From: an uncultured Bacteroidales bacterium
GTDB taxonomy: Bacteria > Bacteroidota > Bacteroidia > Bacteroidales > F082
Length of the DNA stretch: 64,000 bases
Reading direction: 5' to 3'
Assembly (NCBI GenBank): GCA_946187645.1
Contig: CAMHRP010000020.1
Span: forward strand, 1,780 to 65,779
Of the stretch, positions 1-9,229 are shown piece after piece (the stretch's first letter is position 1; each line of letters starts with the position of its first letter). The notes under the pieces were generated by a model. That model did not search any database. It was not told the DNA's origin and saw only the letters and a program-made list of their open reading frames with translations. Position numbers and translations under genes: made by a program.

Positions 1-75
1 CGCAGTGATTACGCCTGCATGAACGGTATTGTGCCCGAGCTCATCATCGATAAGTTAAGCCCTTACTTGAAATGA
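1..75 (+). CDS. 3' end of an unidentified upstream CDS (partial, ...IDKLSPYLK*)
   Basis: Frame 1 is open from the window edge to TGA at 73-75. The stop overlaps the next start codon as ATGA (72-75). Too short to name. Confidence 0.4.
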   Translation, partial: RSDYACMNGIVPELIIDKLSPYLK

Positions 76-767
76 GTGCCTCCCCAATTGCCGCCATGTT
101 CGACCGCATCTCACCCAAATACGATGCGCTCAACCACCTGCTTTCCCTTTATATAGATAAGGTGTGGCGACGGAAGACCGCCAAAACTGTCGCGAAAAGC
201 CAGCCGAAAACCATTTTAGACCTCGCCACGGGAACAGCTGACTTGGCCATTGCCATGGCGAAACGCAATCCACAAGCCCATATCATCGGCATGGACATCT
301 CCGAAATGATGTTGGAAATTGGCAAAGCCAAAACCACGAAACAACACATCGAAAGCCAAGTTGAATTGCGCCTTGGCGACGCAGCCGCATTGCCTTTTGA
401 AAGCGACAGCTTCGATGCCGTCACAGTGGCTTTCGGCGTACGTAACTTTGAGAACTTGGAACAAGGTCTTTCGGAAATCCATCGCGTCTTGAAGCCCAAT
501 GGCCGGGCAGTCATATTGGAGTTTTCGATGCCTGAAAGGTTTCCTATCAAACAACTTTACGCTTTGTATTTCAAGCATCTGCTTCCCGCCATAGGAAAAG
601 CCGTTTCAAAAGACGGGAATGCCTATTCTTATCTTCCGTTGTCGGTGGAACGATTTCCGAAGCCCAAGGTTTTTCTTCGGATGCTGGCTGAAAAGGGACT
701 GGAAAACGGCATGGCAAAACCATTATCTTTTGGTATTGTCACCCTCTACACGGCCGAAAAGCAATAA
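72..767 (+). CDS. ubiE: demethylmenaquinone / ubiquinone methyltransferase (UbiE/MenG)
   Basis: 231 aa. N-terminal FDRISPKYDALNHLLS plus SAM motif ILDLATGTADLA and the C-terminal pattern typical of the UbiE/MenG family. Confidence 0.9.
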   Translation: MSASPIAAMFDRISPKYDALNHLLSLYIDKVWRRKTAKTVAKSQPKTILDLATGTADLAIAMAKRNPQAHIIGMDISEMMLEIGKAKTTKQHIESQVELRLGDAAALPFESDSFDAVTVAFGVRNFENLEQGLSEIHRVLKPNGRAVILEFSMPERFPIKQLYALYFKHLLPAIGKAVSKDGNAYSYLPLSVERFPKPKVFLRMLAEKGLENGMAKPLSFGIVTLYTAEKQ

Positions 768-786
768 AACGTATTCCTTTTTTTCC

Positions 787-794
787 TATTTTTG
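787..794 (+). promoter_or_regulatory. Bacteroidota sigma-A -7 box (TAnnTTTG)
   Basis: TATTTTTG about 65 nt upstream of the 859 start. Confidence 0.5.
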
Positions 795-858
795 CAGCCG
801 TTACCATGCAATAAAAGCAGGGGGATCTCGTTTAACACATGTCTAAAACTATTGCATC

Positions 859-1671
859 TTGAAAAAAGCATTGAAAATACTGGCTGTTGCGTTGTTGCTC
901 GCCGCAACGGTAATCCCCGTCCAAGCCCAACGCAGAGTCGTACACTACTTGCCTAAATACGAGCAAGAGCCCTATCATTTCGGTTTTCTTCTGGCTTTCA
1001 ACGAAATGATGTATACGGTAAAGACAGTAGAGAATTACCAGAACAAGATTCAGTCTGCCAATTCTTGGCCGGTAGTCAATTGGCCTACGCATCTATTCAC
1101 ACAATCAGAGACAAAATGCATTTACGTATACAACATTGAGACCCAACAAACACCGGGCTTCACAGTAGGCATCATTGGCAGCAAGCGTCTAGGTCGCTAT
1201 TTCGACCTGCGTTTCATCCCCTCCTTGAGCTTTAGTGAACGACGTTTGGACTATACGCTTATGTTGGAAGGAAACAACGGTGCTACATACATGCATAAAT
1301 TTACCAAGTCTATTGGCACCACTTTCGTGGAGTTCCCCCTCAACATCAAATACCGTTCGAAACGCTATAACAACATTGGAGCTTATGTCTTTGGAGGTGT
1401 TAATCCGAAACTCGATTTAGCCTCACAAAAAGACAACAAAGAAAACATCAACGGTCAGGAATTCATCAACAACTTGGTTACCAAGCGTTTCGACTTCGCT
1501 GCTGAGCTCGGTGTAGGTTTCGATATCTACAACCAATGGTTCAAGATGGGCATAGAAGTCAAGATGAGCTATGGTTTACTTGACATTGTAAAGGATGAAG
1601 CGTTCATTTACACGGCCCCCATTGAAAAACTCCGTAACAAGTTGTTCCAAGTTTCATTTTTATTTGAATAA
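859..1671 (+). CDS. porT: PorT/SprT-family outer-membrane beta-barrel protein (T9SS associated)
   Basis: 270 aa with a signal peptide (..VIPVQAQ) and the LPKYEQEPYHFGFLLAFN motif characteristic of PorT/SprT. Alternating beta-strand pattern, C-terminal aromatic residue, and position downstream of ubiE. Confidence 0.6.
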   Translation: MKKALKILAVALLLAATVIPVQAQRRVVHYLPKYEQEPYHFGFLLAFNEMMYTVKTVENYQNKIQSANSWPVVNWPTHLFTQSETKCIYVYNIETQQTPGFTVGIIGSKRLGRYFDLRFIPSLSFSERRLDYTLMLEGNNGATYMHKFTKSIGTTFVEFPLNIKYRSKRYNNIGAYVFGGVNPKLDLASQKDNKENINGQEFINNLVTKRFDFAAELGVGFDIYNQWFKMGIEVKMSYGLLDIVKDEAFIYTAPIEKLRNKLFQVSFLFE

Positions 1672-1761
1672 TTATAATTATATACCAAATTAAAAATCAA
1701 TAAATTACAAAAAAGTTGAGATTTTTTTCAACTAAATCATTGGAGATATCGATTTTTTCTC

Positions 1762-1769
1762 TACTTTTG
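1762..1769 (+). promoter_or_regulatory. -7 box (TACTTTTG) for tRNA-Glu
   Basis: TAnnTTTG 24 nt upstream of the tRNA 5' end. Confidence 0.55.
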
Positions 1770-1792
1770 CAGCGTCAAAAATGACACGAAGT

Positions 1793-1869
1793 GGTCTCTT
1801 CGTCTAGTCTGGTCAGGACGTCAGGTTTTCATCCTGGTAACTCGGGTTCAAATCCCGGAGAGACTACCA
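1793..1869 (+). tRNA. tRNA-Glu (anticodon TTC), CCA encoded
   Basis: A cloverleaf can be drawn by hand: acceptor GGTCTCT/AGAGACT, D arm GTCT..GGAC, anticodon stem TCAGG/CCTGG with loop TTTTCAT, T arm TCGGG-TTCAAAT-CCCGG, then ACCA. Confidence 0.9.
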
Positions 1870-1873
1870 ACCA

Positions 1874-1899
1874 AGCCCGCCAAATCAGCGGGCTTTTTT
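1874..1899 (+). terminator. intrinsic terminator after tRNA-Glu
   Basis: AGCCCGC-caaatca-GCGGGCT followed by TTTTTT. Confidence 0.8.
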
Positions 1900-1917
1900 A
1901 TTGTCAATTATAGTGCT

Positions 1918-2883
1918 ATGAACAAGCTACAAGTCGTCGTCAGCAACCAATACGACCCTTTCCTCAATCGCGCTGTCGAACAGTATCTCACTGACAACCA
2001 AGAGGAAGACATTACCACTATGTATCTCTGGAAAAACCAGCAGACCGTCGTCATCGGTTACAACCAAAACCCTTATTCGGAGTGCAATGTCAAGTTGCTC
2101 CTCGATGAAGGCGGTCACCTCATGCGGCGAGGCACAGGAGGCGGTGCTGTGTATCACGACTTGGGCAACATCAACTTCTCGTTTATAGTGGACAAACCAT
2201 TGTACGATGTTCGGAAGCAACTCTCCGTCATCCAGGATGCGCTCCTCTCCTACGGTTTGCAAACCGAAATCTCGGGGCGCAACGACCTCACCTACGACGG
2301 ACGCAAGTTCAGCGGCAACGCATTCGCGAAAGGTCAGAAAAACAACCTGCACCACGGCACCATCCTCATCAAGACCGATGGAGAGATGATGCAACGTTAC
2401 CTTATCGTCGACAAAGCCAAACTTTTGAAAAACGGCGTGAAAAGTGTGGCCTCAAGAGTCATCAACCTCAGCGAAGTTGTGTCAAAACTGACTTCCGAGA
2501 ACATCAAACAGCCTCTGATTGCCTCGTTTGAGAAGGTTTACAGTGACAAGGCAGAAATGCTAGACTTCGACACTTTTATTAATAATAGAGAAGTGCAAGC
2601 CATCAAGGACCACATTGCATCAAACGATTTCCTTTTCGGCCGTTGGAAGCAATTCAAAACCTCGAAAAAAGCCCGTTTCCCTTGGGGTGGCGTGGAAATC
2701 GCGCTGCAAGTCGATGAAGCTAATGCTATCATCAAAAACATTCAAATCGCATCGGATTGTCTTGAGCCCGAGACCATCCAACTGGCCGAACAATTATTGC
2801 ATGGTGCGTCCACCAAAACCACACCCGAGCTCGATTCCGATAACGAAATCCTTCGAGACATCATTAACTTAATTTACGGCTGA
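1918..2883 (+). CDS. lplA: lipoate-protein ligase
   Basis: 321 aa. MYLWKNQQTVVIGYNQNP, RRGTGGGAVYHDLGNINFSF and GRKFSGNAF motifs of LplA/LplJ. Confidence 0.85.
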   Translation: MNKLQVVVSNQYDPFLNRAVEQYLTDNQEEDITTMYLWKNQQTVVIGYNQNPYSECNVKLLLDEGGHLMRRGTGGGAVYHDLGNINFSFIVDKPLYDVRKQLSVIQDALLSYGLQTEISGRNDLTYDGRKFSGNAFAKGQKNNLHHGTILIKTDGEMMQRYLIVDKAKLLKNGVKSVASRVINLSEVVSKLTSENIKQPLIASFEKVYSDKAEMLDFDTFINNREVQAIKDHIASNDFLFGRWKQFKTSKKARFPWGGVEIALQVDEANAIIKNIQIASDCLEPETIQLAEQLLHGASTKTTPELDSDNEILRDIINLIYG

Positions 2884-2894
2884 ATAAAAAACTG

Positions 2895-2902
2895 TATTTT
2901 TG
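2895..2902 (+). promoter_or_regulatory. -7 box (TATTTTTG)
   Basis: TAnnTTTG upstream of miaB. It argues for the ATG at 2944 rather than the TTG at 2911 used in the ORF track. Confidence 0.5.
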
Positions 2903-2943
2903 CAGCCTGATTGAACAAACACCAACTTTCAACTGATAACCGA

Positions 2944-4329
2944 ATGAAATACTATCTTCTCCCCTTAGGCTGCCAGATGAACTTGAGCGACACGGAACGT
3001 GTGCGCACAGTACTCAACGGCTTGGGTTTCGTGCAAACGGAAAACGAAGACGAAGCCACCATTCTCGGCATCATCGCCTGCTCGGTACGCCAGAAAGGCA
3101 TCGACAAGGTGTATGGCCGCATCGAGAAATGGAACGCCATGAAGAACCGCCAAAACGTCATCACCTTCGTGTCGGGCTGCATCCTGCCCGCCGACCGCCT
3201 GCGTTTCCTCAAGCTCTTTGACTTGGTCTTCGCCATGAACGAGCTGCCCAACTTCCCGGATATGATCCGCCAATACGGCATCGTCACCCCAGCCTCGTTG
3301 CACTTTGGAGAAGAAATTGAATTCCAGCCCGTTGTCAAGCCGTTGGTGCCATTGTTCCACAAGGACGACAAGATTAACCCTTCGGCCAACATGGACAAGT
3401 TCTGGGCCATCACACCCACACAAACCTCCACTTTCGAGGCCTTCATCCCAATTCAGAACGGCTGCAACAAATTCTGCACCTATTGTGCTGTACCTTACAC
3501 CCGTGGTCGCGAGGTGTCGCGTCCCTCGAAAGAGATTTTGGCAGAGCTGAAGGATTTGGTTGAGAAAGGTTACAAGAGCATCACTTTGCTCGGACAAAAC
3601 GTCAACTCCTACGGCCTCGACAAGAAAGGCGAAGAGATTGACTTTGCGGAGCTGTTGCGCCGCGTGGGTGAGTTCGGCAAGGCTTCCGGCAAGGAGTTTT
3701 GGGTGTATTACACCGCGCCACATCCCCGCGACATGAAAGACGACGTCATCGAGGTGATGGCGCAATACGACTGCCTCGGCAAGCAGATCCACATCCCCAT
3801 CCAATCGGGCGACGAGAACATGTTGCAACGCATGAACCGCCACCATGATTTGGCCACCTACCGCCATATCATTCAAACCATCCGAGAGAAACTGCCCACC
3901 GCCACCATTTTCACCGACATCATTGTGGGCTTCACCCACGAGACCGAAGAGGAGTTTGAAAACACGCGCAAGGCTATGGAAGAGTTCAAATACAACATGG
4001 CATTCATCGCGCAGTACAGTGTACGTCCAGGCGCTGTGGCCTCGGAATGGGACGATGACGTGCCGAAGGAAGTGAAGCGTGAGCGTTACCACCGCCTCAC
4101 TGAGGAACTGATGAAACACAGCCTTGTTTACAACCAAGGTCTCATCGGGAAGACTGTCAAGATGCTAGTAGAGAGCCAGGACCGCAAGGACGGCTACCTC
4201 ACCGGCCATACTGAAGGTAAGATTGTAATACGCTTCGCCTCGAAAGACACTAGTCTTATTGGACAGATTGTGAATGTCAAGGTGACTTCGGCTTCGCCGT
4301 TATCAATTGAAGGAGAGTTGATGGGATGA
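2944..4329 (+). CDS. miaB: tRNA-i6A37 methylthiotransferase (radical SAM MTTase, MiaB type)
   Basis: UPF0004 N-domain (LGCQMNLSDTE), radical-SAM CNKFCTYCAVPYTRG, C-terminal TRAM domain. Confidence 0.8.
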   Translation: MKYYLLPLGCQMNLSDTERVRTVLNGLGFVQTENEDEATILGIIACSVRQKGIDKVYGRIEKWNAMKNRQNVITFVSGCILPADRLRFLKLFDLVFAMNELPNFPDMIRQYGIVTPASLHFGEEIEFQPVVKPLVPLFHKDDKINPSANMDKFWAITPTQTSTFEAFIPIQNGCNKFCTYCAVPYTRGREVSRPSKEILAELKDLVEKGYKSITLLGQNVNSYGLDKKGEEIDFAELLRRVGEFGKASGKEFWVYYTAPHPRDMKDDVIEVMAQYDCLGKQIHIPIQSGDENMLQRMNRHHDLATYRHIIQTIREKLPTATIFTDIIVGFTHETEEEFENTRKAMEEFKYNMAFIAQYSVRPGAVASEWDDDVPKEVKRERYHRLTEELMKHSLVYNQGLIGKTVKMLVESQDRKDGYLTGHTEGKIVIRFASKDTSLIGQIVNVKVTSASPLSIEGELMG

Positions 4330-5621
4330 GAAGGATTGCCTTCAAAACTTTAGGTTGCCGAGTGAACCTCTATGAAACCGATGCTTTGGCGTCGCGGTTC
4401 AAGGCGGAAGGTTATGAGATTGCTGACGACGATAGCACCGCTGACATTTTCGTTGTGAACACCTGTACCGTCACCAATACGAGCGACCAAAAGTGCCGTC
4501 AGGCCATCCGACAGATTAGACGCAAGCACCCAGAGGCTTTGATTGCCGTTACCGGGTGCATGGTCAACCATAGGAAAGAGGAGTTACTGCAATCGGGCAT
4601 CGCTGATTATGTCATCGACAACGAGCGCAAAGCCGCCTTGTTCGACATCATCAACGAACATTTCCGCACGGGTCACAGCGACCCCGAAGGCTTCGACCGC
4701 GACCTGTTCAGCTACCGACCCGCTTTTGACACCTTCCACACCCGCAGCCTCATCAAAATCCACGACGGCTGCAACAACTTCTGCTCCTATTGCATCATCC
4801 CGATGGTGCGTGGAAGGGCAACGAGTCGTCCCGCTGAGGACATCTATGACAATGTTCGCAAAGTCGTAAGCCATGGTTTCAAGGAAGTTGTATTGACGGG
4901 GGTCAACATGGGACGATACCAATTTGAGGGCACTAATTTTGAGCAACTTGTAGAAAACATTCTGGAACTCGAAGGCGACTTCCGTGTCCGCGTTTCCTCC
5001 ATCGAGCCCGACCGGTTCAGTGACCGTTTTTTGCAGCTCTTCCAGCACGAGAAACTTGCACCCCACATGCACATCTGCCTGCAAAGCGGTTCCGACGACA
5101 CCTTGAAACGGATGCACCGCTTTTATACCGTCGCCCAGTTCCGAGACATGTGCCAACGCATCAAGGCCTTCCGTCCCAACTTCAACCTCACCACCGACAT
5201 CATCGTGGGTTTTCCAGGCGAAACCGAAACCACTTTCAAGGAAAGTTGTGACTTTGCGAAGGAAATCGGCTTCAGCCACATCCATACCTTCAAATATTCA
5301 GTGCGCACAGGAACAAAGGCCGCCGTAATGCCCGACCAAATTCCAGAAAAGGTGAAAACCGAACGTAGCGAAGTCATGCGGCAGATTTCCTTGGAAAACA
5401 AAACCAAGTATTATGAATCGATGCAAGGCCGAAATCAAAGGATGCTAATCGAACGCATCGACAGCAAAGGAGTGGCACGAGGCTATGGCGAAAACTACAT
5501 CCCCATCACCCTCAACGCTAAAGATTTGGAGAAAAACACCTTTATTAATATTAGGTTAGACGAAATCATACGCCGAGACAATGAAGAAAAGATGGCATTT
5601 ATCGGAAAATCAACAAATTAA
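4326..5621 (+). CDS. mtaB: tRNA t6A37 methylthiotransferase (MtaB type)
   Basis: FKTLGCRVNLYETDA, CNNFCSYCIIPMVRG. The start overlaps the miaB stop (ATGA at 4326-4329). Confidence 0.8.
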   Translation: MRRIAFKTLGCRVNLYETDALASRFKAEGYEIADDDSTADIFVVNTCTVTNTSDQKCRQAIRQIRRKHPEALIAVTGCMVNHRKEELLQSGIADYVIDNERKAALFDIINEHFRTGHSDPEGFDRDLFSYRPAFDTFHTRSLIKIHDGCNNFCSYCIIPMVRGRATSRPAEDIYDNVRKVVSHGFKEVVLTGVNMGRYQFEGTNFEQLVENILELEGDFRVRVSSIEPDRFSDRFLQLFQHEKLAPHMHICLQSGSDDTLKRMHRFYTVAQFRDMCQRIKAFRPNFNLTTDIIVGFPGETETTFKESCDFAKEIGFSHIHTFKYSVRTGTKAAVMPDQIPEKVKTERSEVMRQISLENKTKYYESMQGRNQRMLIERIDSKGVARGYGENYIPITLNAKDLEKNTFINIRLDEIIRRDNEEKMAFIGKSTN

Positions 5622-5674
5622 ACATTTTTGATTAAAAAATTCTTCTTTTTGGGTCTTAATTCGGAGAAAAGTTG

Positions 5675-5682
5675 TAATTTTG
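5675..5682 (+). promoter_or_regulatory. -7 box (TAATTTTG) for rpsT
   Basis: TAnnTTTG 45 nt upstream of the ATG. Confidence 0.5.
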
Positions 5683-5726
5683 CAGCCCGATTTAAGAAGA
5701 ATTAAAGCAAAAAAGGAATAAAAGAT

Positions 5727-5981
5727 ATGGCAAATCACAAAGATGCATTAAAGAGAATTCGTCAGACTGAAAAGAGACGTTTGCACAACCGTTACTACGC
5801 CAAGAACATGCGTAACGAAGTGAAGAAATTCAGGGCTTTAACCAGCAAGTCGGAAGCTGAAGGTCAACTTTCGAAGTTGTTCTCCATCATCGACAAGGTG
5901 GCCAAGCGTGGTATTATCCACAAGAACAAAGCCGCCAACCTGAAGTCGAAGCTGTCGAAGTTCACAGCAAAATTGGCATAA
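5727..5981 (+). CDS. rpsT: 30S ribosomal protein S20
   Basis: 84 aa, MANHKDALKRIRQTEKRRLHNR..., typical bS20. Confidence 0.95.
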   Translation: MANHKDALKRIRQTEKRRLHNRYYAKNMRNEVKKFRALTSKSEAEGQLSKLFSIIDKVAKRGIIHKNKAANLKSKLSKFTAKLA

Positions 5982-6008
5982 TTGGAAGTTTTATTCATAC
6001 ATGTTGGT

Positions 6009-6040
6009 GCCTCTTCTACACAGTGGAAGAGGCTTTTTTG
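6009..6040 (+). terminator. intrinsic terminator after rpsT
   Basis: GCCTCTTC-loop-GAAGAGGC followed by TTTTTT. Confidence 0.8.
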
Positions 6041-6095
6041 GTTGAGGTAATCCCAAAATGATTATCTTTACCGCCCGAAACAAAACATTTCAGCC

Positions 6096-6791
6096 ATGAC
6101 CGAGAAAAAATCCATCAAGGAATGGGCTGCCGACGACCGCCCGCGCGAGAAAATGATGTCGAAAGGCAAGATTGCACTCAGCAATGCTGAATTATTGGCC
6201 ATACTTTTACGTGTAGGGAAGGAAGGCATGTCGGCAGTGGATGTGGCCCGTGCGCTCCTCGACAGCGTCGGCAACAACCTCATCACGCTATCTAACCTCA
6301 CTATTGACGACTTGACCCAACACGACGGCATCGGCGAAGCCAAGGCCATCACCATCTTAGCGGCACTTGAGCTTGGTAAACGCCGTCGCGCAGCAGAGGC
6401 CAGTCTGCCTTCTGAGGTAAAAGACTCGAAAGACTCCTTTGAGCGGTTTCTTCCTTACATTGACGACATGAGGCAAGAGCATTTCTTGGTCATGTATCTC
6501 AACCAAAGCAATCATGTGCTGAAAGTGGAATGCATCAGCAATGGGGGTACCACTACCGTCATTGCCGACCCAAAAATCATCTTCAAAAACGCCTTAAACC
6601 TCAATGCCACATGCATCGTTTTGGGTCACAACCACCCTTCAGGCAATCCACGCCCCAGTGAAGACGATCGGCAACTGACGAAAAAACTGATTGCCGCCGG
6701 CAAACTCCTAGACATCAATGTCATCGACCATATCATCATTGGCAACGAACGTTATCACAGTTTCCGCGACCACGGAGAAATGACCCTCTGA
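6096..6791 (+). CDS. radC: RadC-family JAB/MPN domain protein
   Basis: 231 aa with an HhH region and the JAMM motif GHNHPSGNPRPSEDD. Confidence 0.9.
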   Translation: MTEKKSIKEWAADDRPREKMMSKGKIALSNAELLAILLRVGKEGMSAVDVARALLDSVGNNLITLSNLTIDDLTQHDGIGEAKAITILAALELGKRRRAAEASLPSEVKDSKDSFERFLPYIDDMRQEHFLVMYLNQSNHVLKVECISNGGTTTVIADPKIIFKNALNLNATCIVLGHNHPSGNPRPSEDDRQLTKKLIAAGKLLDINVIDHIIIGNERYHSFRDHGEMTL

Positions 6792-6805
6792 AACGCAAAC
6801 CTCCC

Positions 6806-7948
6806 ATGAAACTCGTAACCATCATCGGGGCAAGACCCCAAATCATCAAGGCTGCCGCATTGAGCCGCGCCATCAGGAACCACTATGCGAATCAGATACA
6901 GGAAGTCATCGTCCACACAGGACAGCATTATGACGACAACATGTCGGAGGTGTTTTTTGACGAGTTGCAGATCCCAAGTCCCGACTACAACCTTCACGTC
7001 GGATCGGCCTCGCACGGTGTGCAGACCGCACGCATGACTGAAGGCATCGAGGCCATATTAATAAAGGAGCAGCCTGATTTCATTGTGCTCTACGGCGACA
7101 CCAACTCCACTTTGGCTGGTGCCGTGGCCGCTGCCAAGATTCACGTGCCTATCGTCCACATAGAGGCGGGACTGCGCTCGTTCAACAAAGCCATGCCCGA
7201 AGAGATCAACCGAATCGTTTGCGACCACTGCTCCACCCTGCTCTTCACCCCAACCAAAGCTGGATTGGATAATCTGAAGCACGAAGGATTCCCTATGGAT
7301 AACAACGGACCTTTTACCATTGACAATCCGAAGGTGTACCTTTGTGGAGACATCATGTATGACAACAGTCTGTATTTCGCCGACATCGCAGAGGAGAAAA
7401 CCGACATCATCAAGCGATTGGCATTAAACGACAAGCCTTATATCTTGGCCACCATCCATCGCGACAGTAACACCGACCATCCCGAAAGGCTCAGTGCCAT
7501 CTTCAGAAGCATCATAAAACTATCCGAAGAATGTCAAGTCGTGCTGCCGCTACATCCAAGGACAGCAAAGCTCTCGAAAACCAACCTCGATGAAAACTTC
7601 CAAAAACAAATCTTCAGTTGTCAAAACATCAAGCTCATTCCGCCTGTATCGTTTTTGGAGATGATTGCCTTGGAACGCCATGCACAACTCATTATGACCG
7701 ACTCGGGCGGCGTGCAAAAGGAAGCCTATTTCTTCAAAAAGCCAGGCATCATCCTGCGTCCCGAAACGGAATGGATTGAAATCGTGGAAACAGGCAACGC
7801 CATCCTCGCCGATGCCAATGAGGACCACATCATGGAGGCTTGGCAGCATTTTAAAGGCAATCCACCTATTGATTTTCCGAAGATTTTTGGCGATGGCCAT
7901 GCTGCCGAGTTTGTGCTCGACAAAATTATTTCTTTCAAAGTGTTGTAG
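6806..7948 (+). CDS. wecB: UDP-N-acetylglucosamine 2-epimerase (non-hydrolysing)
   Basis: MKLVTIIGARPQIIKAA..., HTGQHYD, GDTNSTLAG and DSGGVQKEA motifs. Confidence 0.9.
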   Translation: MKLVTIIGARPQIIKAAALSRAIRNHYANQIQEVIVHTGQHYDDNMSEVFFDELQIPSPDYNLHVGSASHGVQTARMTEGIEAILIKEQPDFIVLYGDTNSTLAGAVAAAKIHVPIVHIEAGLRSFNKAMPEEINRIVCDHCSTLLFTPTKAGLDNLKHEGFPMDNNGPFTIDNPKVYLCGDIMYDNSLYFADIAEEKTDIIKRLALNDKPYILATIHRDSNTDHPERLSAIFRSIIKLSEECQVVLPLHPRTAKLSKTNLDENFQKQIFSCQNIKLIPPVSFLEMIALERHAQLIMTDSGGVQKEAYFFKKPGIILRPETEWIEIVETGNAILADANEDHIMEAWQHFKGNPPIDFPKIFGDGHAAEFVLDKIISFKVL

Positions 7949-7964
7949 ATTAAGAAAAAAGTAG

Positions 7965-7972
7965 TACTTTTG
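7965..7972 (+). promoter_or_regulatory. -7 box (TACTTTTG) for the rpsF-rpsR-rplI operon
   Basis: TAnnTTTG 63 nt upstream of rpsF. Confidence 0.5.
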
Positions 7973-8034
7973 CACCCACGATTTCAGAATCGTAGTATTA
8001 AACATTAATCACTTAATAATCAATCAATTCAGTT

Positions 8035-8385
8035 ATGAATCAGTACGAAACCGTTTTCATTTTAACTCCCGTTTTGTCTGACGAACAGATGAAGGAAGCG
8101 GTAAAGAAGTATGAAGATCATCTGACCAATAATGGTGCAGAGATTGTTCATGAAGAGAACTGGGGCATGCGCAAGCTTGCCTATCCTATCCAAAAGAAGT
8201 CCACGGGCTTTTACCAACTCATTGAGTACAAGGCCGAGGGTAATGTAATCGCCGATGTCGAAACCGAACTGAAGCGTGACGAGCGCATCTTGCGCTTCCT
8301 CACCGTGAAGCTCGACAAGCACGCTATTGCCTACAACGAGAAGAAACGCAAGAAAGCCGAAGCTGCCGCTGAAGCCCAAGCTTAA
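8035..8385 (+). CDS. rpsF: 30S ribosomal protein S6
   Basis: [18 protein letters not shown]...[10 protein letters not shown]. Confidence 0.95.
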   Translation: MNQYETVFILTPVLSDEQMKEAVKKYEDHLTNNGAEIVHEENWGMRKLAYPIQKKSTGFYQLIEYKAEGNVIADVETELKRDERILRFLTVKLDKHAIAYNEKKRKKAEAAAEAQA

Positions 8386-8411
8386 TGTTGAACAATTAAA
8401 AATCGAAGAAA

Positions 8412-8687
8412 ATGGCACAAGTGAACAATAACAACGACATCAAATATCTGACTCCCATTGCGGTCGATACCAAGAGAAAGAAATACTGCCGCTTCAAGAA
8501 GAACCGCATCAAGTACATCGACTACAAAGATGCCGACTTCTTGCTGAAGTTCGTCAACGAGCAGGGTAAGATCCTGCCTCGCCGTATCACCGGCACTTCA
8601 ACGAAATACCAGCGCAAGGTTGCCCAAGCCGTCAAGCGTGCCCGCCACCTCGCCCTGATGCCATTCGTAGCAGATTGTTTGAAATAA
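8412..8687 (+). CDS. rpsR: 30S ribosomal protein S18
   Basis: KKYCRF...IDYKD...LPRRITG...[19 protein letters not shown]. Confidence 0.95.
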   Translation: MAQVNNNNDIKYLTPIAVDTKRKKYCRFKKNRIKYIDYKDADFLLKFVNEQGKILPRRITGTSTKYQRKVAQAVKRARHLALMPFVADCLK

Positions 8688-8705
8688 TTTGAAGGAGGAC
8701 AACAC

Positions 8706-9155
8706 ATGGATATCATTCTGAAACAAGACGTCATCAACTTAGGATATAAGAACGACATCGTCAACGTGAAGCCCGGCTACGGCCGCAATTTCCTCATCCC
8801 GCAGGGTCTCGCCATCCTCGCCACCGAGCGTAACCGCAAGATCTTGGCCGAAGAGATGCGCCAACAGGCTCACAAGGAACAAAAAATCAAGGACGAAGCC
8901 ACCGAGAAAGCCAAGGCTTTGGAAGGCCTGAAGCTGCAAATCCCCGCCAAGGCTGCTGCCACGGGTAAGATTTTCGGTTCGGTCAACACCATCATGATTG
9001 CTAACGCCATCAAGGAAGCCACCGGCATCGAAGTGGATCGCAAGCACATCGTCCTCAACGAAGACGCCATCAAGGAAGTGGGCGACTACACCGCCAAGAT
9101 TAAACTCCATAAAGAAGTTGCAGTTGACATTAACTTCAACGTCTTTGCCGAATAA
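8706..9155 (+). CDS. rplI: 50S ribosomal protein L9
   Basis: MDIILKQDVINLGYKNDIVNVKPGYGRNFLIPQG. Confidence 0.95.
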   Translation: MDIILKQDVINLGYKNDIVNVKPGYGRNFLIPQGLAILATERNRKILAEEMRQQAHKEQKIKDEATEKAKALEGLKLQIPAKAAATGKIFGSVNTIMIANAIKEATGIEVDRKHIVLNEDAIKEVGDYTAKIKLHKEVAVDINFNVFAE

Positions 9156-9182
9156 TAGGATAAACTTTTTCATAATTTTTGG

Positions 9183-9214
9183 GGCTGTCTCTTCATCGAG
9201 ACAGCCTATTTTTT
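9183..9214 (+). terminator. intrinsic terminator after rplI
   Basis: GGCTGTCTC-ttcatc-GAGACAGCC followed by TATTTTTT. Confidence 0.8.
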
Positions 9215-9215
9215 G

Positions 9216-9223
9216 TACTTTTG
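9216..9223 (+). promoter_or_regulatory. -7 box (TACTTTTG); the ATG follows 6 nt later (near-leaderless)
   Basis: TAnnTTTG ends at 9223 and the ATG is at 9230. Confidence 0.5.
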
Positions 9224-9229
9224 CGCGAA

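Noticed and set aside
6096-6791. RadC as a marker of a mobile element or anti-restriction module.
   Set aside because: It is flanked by rpsT and wecB with core-like composition, and no mobile genes are nearby. This is the ordinary chromosomal radC.
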